IMG/VR virus record: IMGVR_UViG_3300037516_001099
Length of the DNA stretch: 64,000 nucleotides
Direction: 5' to 3' (one strand)
Source: an uncultured virus (IMG/VR IMGVR_UViG_3300037516_001099)
Lineage: Duplodnaviria; Heunggongvirae; Uroviricota; Caudoviricetes
Part shown: piece by piece, positions 56,650-64,000 of the stretch
Layout of the letters: each line of letters opens with the position of its first letter
Position numbering within the stretch: position 1 is the stretch's first letter
The notes under the pieces: model-generated
Databases searched by the model: none
The model's input: the letters and a program-made list of their open reading frames with translations, nothing else
What the model was told of the DNA's origin: nothing
Made by a program: the position numbers and the translations under genes

Positions 56650-57517
56650 AACAATTTATTCAAATGTTGATTCAAATCAGTTTGTTCTTGAAATACATTT
56701 AACGGAAATATGCAATTATAACTGTTCATACTGCAATCTTCACCAGATGAATCGTTATGATAAAATAGATTATGAAAAACTGTTTAGCATACCATATCCA
56801 AAAAATACCAAGGCCTTTATCTTAGGCGGCGAGCCAACTGTTGATAAAAATTTAATTGAACTGGTTAAAAAATTAAATGAAAATGGTATATGCAATGTAG
56901 AAATACAAACAAATCTTTCGACAAATATTGAAAAAATAGTTGATACTTTAAAAAAGAATAATCTTAGTGTAAAATTCTTTTCTAGTTTTCACAATGAATT
57001 TGCTGACTTTAAATCATTTGTAGTTAAAAATAATTTTTTAGTCAGCTCTGGTTTTTATGCTGGCATTCATTATATGTGGTCTAAGAAATTTAGTACTTTA
57101 TCATTAACCAGATTTAATTTATTAAATTCAGTATTTGATAATGTATCTCTTGAACCGCTATTGCCTCATTCATTTGATGAAAAAGAATGGGACGCTAAGG
57201 AAGAATTGCACGCATTTAATGATTTGGGATTGATGCAATACAGCAAAAGAATGAATCCAATTATAAAGATTGATAACAAGTCAATGTCAATTGGAGATGC
57301 GCTATTACACAATTATGAACGCGGTCTTTTTGGAATTTCGTGTGGTATTCCCAAATATGCAATAACTTTTTCCGTTACAAAAAATAAATTCTTTAACTGT
57401 TGTTTTGATTTAGTTGCAGATAAAGAATTTGTGTATGAACAATGGAAAACCGGGAGTTGTCGGTGTGCTCATAAAATGTGCTGCGCTGATATAGAATATC
57501 CCAAAAATAGAGCATAA
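56630..57517 (+). CDS. Radical SAM enzyme 4
   Basis: CNYNCSYC, LGGEPT, QTN, SFH, Cys-rich C-terminus. Confidence 0.9.
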   Translation: MKNLKYKTIYSNVDSNQFVLEIHLTEICNYNCSYCNLHQMNRYDKIDYEKLFSIPYPKNTKAFILGGEPTVDKNLIELVKKLNENGICNVEIQTNLSTNIEKIVDTLKKNNLSVKFFSSFHNEFADFKSFVVKNNFLVSSGFYAGIHYMWSKKFSTLSLTRFNLLNSVFDNVSLEPLLPHSFDEKEWDAKEELHAFNDLGLMQYSKRMNPIIKIDNKSMSIGDALLHNYERGLFGISCGIPKYAITFSVTKNKFFNCCFDLVADKEFVYEQWKTGSCRCAHKMCCADIEYPKNRA

Positions 57518-58497
57518 TGTTTACTCACGAAAAAATAACTAACATTGAAATAGATTTGATAGATTCTTGTAATCTATCATGTCCAATGTGTTCGCGTAAT
57601 GATGCAGTATCAAATAAAAATTTAAAGGGGTGCTCTAAATATCTATCATTAGAAGATAATATAAAAATACTTGACAGGTTTGTTAATCTTAAAAATATTT
57701 CTTTTATTGGAATACGTTCTGAATCAACAATGTATAAGAATCTTATACCATTTTTGAAATATATTAAAAGTAGAAATATAGCAGTTGATATAAGTACCAA
57801 TGGTTCTGCACGATCTGATGAATGGTGGAAAGAATTAGGACATGTGCTGGACGCCAATGATGTAATTAAATTTGCAATTGATGGATCAACACAGGAAATT
57901 TACGAAAAATATAGACGTGGTGGAAATTTAAATACTATTCTAAATCATCATCTCATAATCAAGGACAATTCAAAGTGTAAAAGCATTTTGCAATTTGTTA
58001 TATTTTCTTATAATCAGCATGATTTGCAAAATATAATAAAATTAAAAAATGAATATCAATTTGATGATTTATTAGTTATACCAGCATCATACACAATAGA
58101 TGATCGTGAAGATACAATGCTAAATTCGCCCACGCCGTTAGATTATGATCCAACTGATTTTAGTCCGCCACAAAAAATTTATGCTGTACATAAATTTTTA
58201 GAAAAACATATTAAAAAAAATAATACCAATCTAAAAATAGAATGCACATCATATAAAAATAATAGTTTGTTTATTAATCATATGGGAGGATATTCGTTAT
58301 GCTGCCATCATAATGGTCATATGATTCGTGAAAACATATTTCATAATAATCAAAATATGAACTTTATAAATGTTGAACATTTAACAAAAGTTATAAATGG
58401 CAAATATGACTTTTGCCGAATGTATTGTACTGATTTTTGTAAAAAATATATAAATTCCGTATCACGTATAGATGGAATTTCGGTTGATATAATTTAA
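57517..58497 (+). CDS. Radical SAM enzyme 5 (twitch/SPASM-like)
   Basis: CNLSCPMC, STNG, FAIDG, YRRGG, C..CC..C...C. Confidence 0.9.
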   Translation: MFTHEKITNIEIDLIDSCNLSCPMCSRNDAVSNKNLKGCSKYLSLEDNIKILDRFVNLKNISFIGIRSESTMYKNLIPFLKYIKSRNIAVDISTNGSARSDEWWKELGHVLDANDVIKFAIDGSTQEIYEKYRRGGNLNTILNHHLIIKDNSKCKSILQFVIFSYNQHDLQNIIKLKNEYQFDDLLVIPASYTIDDREDTMLNSPTPLDYDPTDFSPPQKIYAVHKFLEKHIKKNNTNLKIECTSYKNNSLFINHMGGYSLCCHHNGHMIRENIFHNNQNMNFINVEHLTKVINGKYDFCRMYCTDFCKKYINSVSRIDGISVDII

Positions 58498-58498
58498 T

Positions 58499-59146
58499 AT
58501 GAAAAAGAAGCTATCGAGGTGTGGTATTGATATAAAATATATTAAAAAAATTAATATATTGAAAATATATAATCAATGTATAAAACGCGATTTTAGTTCT
58601 CATCACATAATTAGAATTATAGAAGACCATACTATAATTTTTAAAAGCAATAATGTATATTATTTACTGTACATAGACTGTACTATAGGTGAAGCAGTTC
58701 ATCAATCGTTAAACGTAATATATTCTATGACTAATAAAATATCACTATTCCCAAAATTTAAATATGGTAAATCTGGTAAATATGGATATTTTTATATTTT
58801 TGAGTTGCCGTTTAAATCCAATTTTAAACCGATTTCCGAAAAAAATATTTACAATGTTAAAGATTTTTTAATTAAAACAATCACAAAAAATGAAAATTCA
58901 CCGTGTAGACATAGTGATAAAATTAAAAATTTTATACAAGAAACTGATGAATTTTATATACAATGGGATGAATTGCCGAACTATACTAGTTTTAAACCTC
59001 TTGATAGTGATGAAATATTTTATATATTTGAAAAATTGGATTCTTCTCAAATATATGAAGATAAATTTAACAATTTAGGGTTTATAGATATTAATAGTAT
59101 TTCTATAGTTAAAAATACTATATCATTTAAACACATAAAAATTTAA
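58499..59146 (+). CDS. Hypothetical protein
   Basis: 215-aa ORF inside the operon; weak GFID motif. Confidence 0.55.
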   Translation: MKKKLSRCGIDIKYIKKINILKIYNQCIKRDFSSHHIIRIIEDHTIIFKSNNVYYLLYIDCTIGEAVHQSLNVIYSMTNKISLFPKFKYGKSGKYGYFYIFELPFKSNFKPISEKNIYNVKDFLIKTITKNENSPCRHSDKIKNFIQETDEFYIQWDELPNYTSFKPLDSDEIFYIFEKLDSSQIYEDKFNNLGFIDINSISIVKNTISFKHIKI

Positions 59147-60234
59147 TGAACTATATTGCTACAAAATTAGAAAATATAAAAGCAATAGAAGGTACTAATT
59201 TGCCTGAATATTTTTCAATAGAAATTAAAGTTACTATGTTATGCAATTATAAATGTCATTATTGCTCAGACATGAGAATAAACGAGAATTATAATATTTC
59301 ATTTGATAAAAATAATATCAAAAAATTATTAGTTTCTATTAGAAAAACATTTAATAAAAAAATATTAGTTTTCATTTCTGGAGGAGAACCAACACTTCAA
59401 CCAGATTTATTAAATTTAATAAATAGTATAACTGAAGTTCTAGAAGATGGAGACGTTATCCACATAGTATCAAACTTAAGTATTAATAAAAAACGATTAA
59501 TCGAATTTTCAAATAACATAACACATAAAAAATATGTAAAATTTGTTATTAGTTATCATAGTACCCAATGTAAAAACTTAAAGGGATTTATTGATAAGTG
59601 CTTATACCTTAAGCAACATGATCTTTTACAAGACGTAAATGTAATGTATCATTCTAAAACTCATTCATTGAATACATTTAATTTATTTTGTATATTATTT
59701 GGTGAAGAAATGTGTTATGTAGAATCTCTATTTAATAGTAAAATAGACCAAAGCATCATAGATAATAATGATAGTCATTTAGAAATAGATTATATCTACG
59801 ATCAATTTACAGATGAGCAGTTAGAAAAAATAAGTAGTTATACTCACTCTAAAAATATAGAATATACTGATTATCATGATAATAAGATTCGGACAAGTAG
59901 AGGAGAACTGTGGCGACAGCGGAAAAATAATTTCTATGGAATGTCATGTGAAGTTTCTAAGTGGAAATTACATATTGATTGGTATGGAGACGCATATAGT
60001 TGCTTTAATGAACAATTTTCTAATACTGAGCCGCTTTTTAATATTAATGAAATTGAAATTGACTATGAAACCATATTAAAAAATAGTAAATGTATTGTTT
60101 GCCCATTTAATATTTGTTTTCATGATATTAATATTAAAAAAGAATTTGTCAATGATTCTACAGAACCAGTGGTGATTAACAGATTTTTCGGTACAAAACA
60201 ATATAAGACTTCTAGGAAAACACATGTTACATAA
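59146..60234 (+). CDS. Radical SAM enzyme 6
   Basis: CNYKCHYC, SGGEPTL, SYH, FYGMSC...C...C.VCP..C. Confidence 0.9.
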   Translation: MNYIATKLENIKAIEGTNLPEYFSIEIKVTMLCNYKCHYCSDMRINENYNISFDKNNIKKLLVSIRKTFNKKILVFISGGEPTLQPDLLNLINSITEVLEDGDVIHIVSNLSINKKRLIEFSNNITHKKYVKFVISYHSTQCKNLKGFIDKCLYLKQHDLLQDVNVMYHSKTHSLNTFNLFCILFGEEMCYVESLFNSKIDQSIIDNNDSHLEIDYIYDQFTDEQLEKISSYTHSKNIEYTDYHDNKIRTSRGELWRQRKNNFYGMSCEVSKWKLHIDWYGDAYSCFNEQFSNTEPLFNINEIEIDYETILKNSKCIVCPFNICFHDINIKKEFVNDSTEPVVINRFFGTKQYKTSRKTHVT

Positions 60235-60901
60235 ACTAATTAATTTTTCTAAAGCCAATGGTTTATCACATATACCATCAGCTTTATCGATGATTGACTA
60301 TATTGACATATTATTTACTGGAAAATATATAATTCCATTTAAAGATAAAATTGTTCTAGGTAAACCATTTGGTTCGCAGACATATTATTTAATATGGAAA
60401 CACTGTGGTTATTTAGATAATATTGAAAATCTTTCAATTGGTGTTAAGCATAATGAAATACCATTTGTCGATTTTAGTGAAGAGACTATGGGAAACGCTT
60501 TAGGAGTTGCAGCAGGAATTGCGCACGCCACACATAATAATGTGTATGTTAATTTAAGTGATGCTGCTCTTCAAATGGGATCAACCCTTGAAGCAATTGC
60601 ATATATTGGTACAAAGCAATTAAAAAATATTGTAGTTACAATTGATTATAACCGGGTTCAAGTAACTGGAAAAACTGATGACATAATTAGTATAAAACCA
60701 TTACCAGCTTTTTTTAAAAATTACGGATGGAATGTTATACATGTTGATGGACATGATCATGAAAAATTACACAAATCATTTACTAAGATTTGTAAAAAAA
60801 GAAATGCCCCATTGGTTTATTTTTGTCATACTATCAAGGGACACGGAGTAGATTATATGGAGGCTGATCCAATAACTTGGCATTATAAAACTATAAATTG
60901 A
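60224..60901 (+). CDS. Transketolase-like N-terminal (PP) subunit, non-canonical
   Basis: HIPSALS, MGNALGVAAGIA, SDAALQMG..IDYN, VDGHD, HTIKG.GV..ME..WH. Confidence 0.82.
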   Translation: MLHKLINFSKANGLSHIPSALSMIDYIDILFTGKYIIPFKDKIVLGKPFGSQTYYLIWKHCGYLDNIENLSIGVKHNEIPFVDFSEETMGNALGVAAGIAHATHNNVYVNLSDAALQMGSTLEAIAYIGTKQLKNIVVTIDYNRVQVTGKTDDIISIKPLPAFFKNYGWNVIHVDGHDHEKLHKSFTKICKKRNAPLVYFCHTIKGHGVDYMEADPITWHYKTIN

Positions 60902-60904
60902 TAT

Positions 60905-61384
60905 ATGAGGCATACATTAGATAAATTCTTAAGTAGGTATGATAATCCTAATTTGTATTTTATGCATGCCGATATGTGGAGTTTTCCGCTGTTTAAAACT
61001 AAGTATCCAGATAGGTGTATAAATGTTGGAGTACAGGAAACTAATATGATTAATATTGCGGGAGGACTTGCTAGTCAAGGCAAAACTGTGATTGTCTATG
61101 GAGTTGCGGGATTCGTATATCAACGCGCCTATGAGCAGTTAAAATTTAGTGTGACACATTTTGGAAAGAGTGTCACACTCGTAAATGCTGGAGCAAATGG
61201 CTGTTATAGCAAGTGCGGAATAGGTCATATACCTGATGATGACTATGCTCTTATGGATGCGCTAAAGATAAATAAATATGAGCCTCATACCCGTCATGAG
61301 TTTATACGCTCATTGAAGGAGTGTTTACGAAATAAACAGACTAATTTTATAAGATTGGGTTGGGATAATTGTGCATGGAAATAA
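60905..61384 (+). CDS. Transketolase-like pyrimidine-binding subunit
   Basis: INVGVQE.NMI..A.GLA..G, QRAYEQ, G.GH...DD, FIRL. Confidence 0.82.
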   Translation: MRHTLDKFLSRYDNPNLYFMHADMWSFPLFKTKYPDRCINVGVQETNMINIAGGLASQGKTVIVYGVAGFVYQRAYEQLKFSVTHFGKSVTLVNAGANGCYSKCGIGHIPDDDYALMDALKINKYEPHTRHEFIRSLKECLRNKQTNFIRLGWDNCAWK

Positions 61385-61950
61385 ATTTAGTAACTGGTTC
61401 ACGAGGATTTTTATGCGGTCATTTGTGTAAACGTTTGACTGATTGCCTAGACTATGGAAATGTATTAGACTATTACAATGTTAATCATATAGGTGCGGTA
61501 TATCATTTTGCTGGGCCAAGTGATGATTATGATTTTCTTGATGCGGAACAAACAATAAACACCATTGTCAATGGTACTCTTAATATGATTAAAGTTGCCC
61601 AAGAAAATAATGCTAAATTTATTTTTGCAAGTAGTGCAGGCGCGGAGAATCCCAATAATGTATATACACATGCAAAAAAATGTATGGAATGTTATATACA
61701 GGCTAATTGTGATAATTATGTAATATTAAGAATCCCGCGAGTGTATGATAAGTCTAGAAAAAAGGGTTTGATGAAAAAATTAAGATGCAATGATGTTCCG
61801 ACTCAACATATAAATAGGACGGTTCAATATATTACATTGTCATCATTCATGGAACAAACACTAGTTGCGTCAACTTTAACCAATGTGATATATAATTATA
61901 CCAATCTAAAAAGTAATTCTATAAAAGAATTGCGTGATATGTACACATGA
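61375..61950 (+). CDS. Short NAD-dependent epimerase/dehydratase (SDR)
   Basis: TGSRGFL, HFAG, FASS, YTHAK; start set at ATG 61375. Confidence 0.8.
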   Translation: MEINLVTGSRGFLCGHLCKRLTDCLDYGNVLDYYNVNHIGAVYHFAGPSDDYDFLDAEQTINTIVNGTLNMIKVAQENNAKFIFASSAGAENPNNVYTHAKKCMECYIQANCDNYVILRIPRVYDKSRKKGLMKKLRCNDVPTQHINRTVQYITLSSFMEQTLVASTLTNVIYNYTNLKSNSIKELRDMYT

Positions 61951-62834
61951 AAATTTTGATTATTGGAGGAAACGGATTTATTGGACGTTCTTTGGCAGAA
62001 TATTTTTGTAAGACCTATGATGTTACAGTATTGGATAAACATATTTCGTTTAACAATACTAATCAATATGCATATATTCAATGCGATGTTTTAAATGATA
62101 GCGATGTTTTAAATGCTGCCATTAAAGACGCCGATCTAGTATATCATCTAGCCAGTCCTGTGGGTATACACAGCATAGATCAGAATTGTAATTCGTTTCT
62201 GCATGACATGCTGTGTATTAATCTTGCGGTATTTTCTATCGTGAAAATGTACAATAAAAAACTTATATTCTTTAGTACATCTGAAGTATATGGTAATTGC
62301 GACAATGCATGTGAGAGCGATGATTGTATTATAGGAAACCCAAACACTCCACGATGGGGATATGCTAGTGGTAAATTAACTTCAGAGTTTTTATGCAAAA
62401 GTCTGTGTAAACAAAGTATTATTTTACGGCCGTTCAATATATGCGGTGTCGGTGATGATAAAGGGGTGCTGTATAAAATGTTGCAAGCTGCATTTCATAG
62501 TCAAGATATAAGCATTCATGGCGATGGCCATCAAACACGTGCATTGTGTGACATACGTGATTTGATTGAATTTGTTGCTAAATTCAATCATCGAGGATTC
62601 AATGGGGAAATATATAATATAGGAAATGCAAACAATGTTGTTAGTATGAATGAATTGGCACTATTATGCAAACACTATACATATTCGGATAGCAACATTG
62701 TAAATGTAAAGTATGCTGATCATTTTAGTCCTCATCATAAAGATATTGAAAAGCGTCGACCGAATTGTGAAAAGATGAATAACATACATCGCTCACAATA
62801 TACTGTAGAACAAATTATAAAAAGTATATTATGA
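61947..62834 (+). CDS. NAD-dependent epimerase/decarboxylase (UXS/ArnA-like)
   Basis: GGNGFIG, STSEVYG, PRWGYASGK, RPFN, GDG.QTR. Confidence 0.85.
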   Translation: MKILIIGGNGFIGRSLAEYFCKTYDVTVLDKHISFNNTNQYAYIQCDVLNDSDVLNAAIKDADLVYHLASPVGIHSIDQNCNSFLHDMLCINLAVFSIVKMYNKKLIFFSTSEVYGNCDNACESDDCIIGNPNTPRWGYASGKLTSEFLCKSLCKQSIILRPFNICGVGDDKGVLYKMLQAAFHSQDISIHGDGHQTRALCDIRDLIEFVAKFNHRGFNGEIYNIGNANNVVSMNELALLCKHYTYSDSNIVNVKYADHFSPHHKDIEKRRPNCEKMNNIHRSQYTVEQIIKSIL

Positions 62835-63478
62835 AAAAAGTATTAGTAATAGCAGCGCATCCAGATGATGCCGAATTTGGCATGGGCGGAACATTAGCAC
62901 GTTTGGCGGAAACATGTGAAGTCACACTGTGTATATTGTGCCGAGGCGATCATCCAGGCATAGACGAGTCGCAGTCTTCACGAGAAAGCGCCTTAAAAGC
63001 AAATGTTAAACAGCTTAAAATCAAACAATTGTTTCACAATAACTTTTGCGATGTTTCGCTTGATACTGTTGCATTTGCTAGAATATCAGCATACCTTACA
63101 GACACTGTAAATAAAGTCCGTCCTGACACCGTTTTTACTCATTATAAAAATGATATTCACGTTGATCACCGTATAGTATCGGCAGCAACGCGCGTTGCTT
63201 GTCGCCCGCGCAAGGGTTGCAGTGTGACAGCATTATATGAATATCCAGTTGCTGGAAGTACAGAGTGGGCATTTGATAATGTTGTATACAACACGTTTGT
63301 TAATATTGAAAACTATACGATGTTAAAATATATTTGCATAGGGAGATACAAAAGTGAAATGAAAAATGCGCCAGATCCATTAAGCATTGATTCATTAAAG
63401 GCGCGTGACATATATTATGGAAGTTTAGCTGGCTATGATGTTGCAGAACCATTTGTTTGTATTTTTAATAAAGTATGA
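62831..63478 (+). CDS. PIG-L/LmbE family deacetylase
   Basis: AHPDD...GG, D.H.DH, AEPF. Confidence 0.9.
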   Translation: MKKVLVIAAHPDDAEFGMGGTLARLAETCEVTLCILCRGDHPGIDESQSSRESALKANVKQLKIKQLFHNNFCDVSLDTVAFARISAYLTDTVNKVRPDTVFTHYKNDIHVDHRIVSAATRVACRPRKGCSVTALYEYPVAGSTEWAFDNVVYNTFVNIENYTMLKYICIGRYKSEMKNAPDPLSIDSLKARDIYYGSLAGYDVAEPFVCIFNKV

Positions 63479-64000
63479 ATATAGTTATAGCTGGATATGG
63501 TGAAATTGGACAGGCCATACATTCATTGTACGAGTCTGACATGTTTAACATTGCACCTGTCGAAATTGACGGGCTGTGCCAGATTAGAAAAGCCGATGTG
63601 TTGAACATATGTTTTCCATACAGTGATACATTTGTACGGGATGTGACAGATTATATTGCGCGCTTTAATCCACGCTTGACCATAATTCATAGTACGGTAT
63701 TGCCAGGTACGACCGACTCCATTGATGCGGACAACATTGTATATTCACCGGTCATTGGCGTCCATCCTCAATTAGATATGTGTCTTAAGACTTTTAAAAA
63801 ATTCATTGGTGGCAAAACATCAGAAGCAATTGTATTAACACAACAACATTTTGCATTGCTTGGATTAGAATCTATGGTTTTTGCTTCGCCTAAAGCGGTT
63901 GAAACTGCAAAGACACTATGCACGCTGTACTATGGAATGTGTATTAGTTTTCATGACGAAGCAAATGATTTGTGCCAAAGAGAAGGATTACAATATGATG
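63475..64000 (+). CDS. UDP-glucose/GDP-mannose dehydrogenase-family protein (truncated by window end)
   Basis: MNIVIAGYGEIG, ICFP, IHSTVLPGTT, YSP, ETAK; absent from the ORF track because there is no stop in the window. Confidence 0.8.
   Translation, partial: MNIVIAGYGEIGQAIHSLYESDMFNIAPVEIDGLCQIRKADVLNICFPYSDTFVRDVTDYIARFNPRLTIIHSTVLPGTTDSIDADNIVYSPVIGVHPQLDMCLKTFKKFIGGKTSEAIVLTQQHFALLGLESMVFASPKAVETAKTLCTLYYGMCISFHDEANDLCQREGLQYD

Noticed and set aside
51114..60234. 7-deazaguanine (QueE), viperin, MoaA or NrdG assignments for the rSAMs
   Set aside because: No QueC/QueD/FolE/DpdA, Moa or NrdD partners in the window; CxxxCxxC and GGEP are generic rSAM motifs
1..64000. Alternative genetic code, introns, inteins or homing endonucleases
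   Set aside because: Core genes are full length in the standard code, and I saw no intein, LAGLIDADG, HNH or GIY-YIG motifs; gp4 is a normal T4 core nuclease rather than a transposase

Overview
The window is a 64-kb piece of a T4-like (gp33/gp59/gp32-type) myophage genome of unknown host, read in the standard genetic code. (1) 1-6.8 kb: early and replication genes (ATP-dependent DNA ligase, ThyX, gp33, gp59, gp32, thioredoxin) behind T4-early-like T(G/T)TACA-N17-TA(T/G)AAT promoters. (2) 6.8-11.9 kb: a minus-strand block with a tape-measure-like gene, gp51-like, gp26, gp54-like, gp2 and gp4. (3) 11.9-50.2 kb: baseplate genes (gp48, gp53, hub, split gp5, gp25, gp6, gp7, gp8, DUF4815-like) and many fibre/adhesin genes, mostly driven by TATAAATA late promoters only 4-7 nt from the ATG. 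(4) 50.2-64 kb: an AT-rich, tightly overlapping island directly after the last fibre. It encodes six radical-SAM enzymes, a free Cys-rich domain, glycosyltransferases, a sugar O-methyltransferase, a split non-canonical transketolase, two SDR epimerase/decarboxylases, a PIG-L deacetylase and a nucleotide-sugar dehydrogenase that runs off the window. The best novelty candidates are the multi-rSAM/sugar island (possible virion or fibre modification system), a lambda G/GT-like -1 frameshift joining gp26 to a start-less gp51 just upstream of the tape measure, a split PKD-like 'socket and plug' docking motif, a GC-rich hairpin carrying a perfect SD plus a start-stop codon pair, and an 18-bp palindromic bidirectional leaderless late promoter. 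All family assignments come from motif recognition by eye; no database searches were run.
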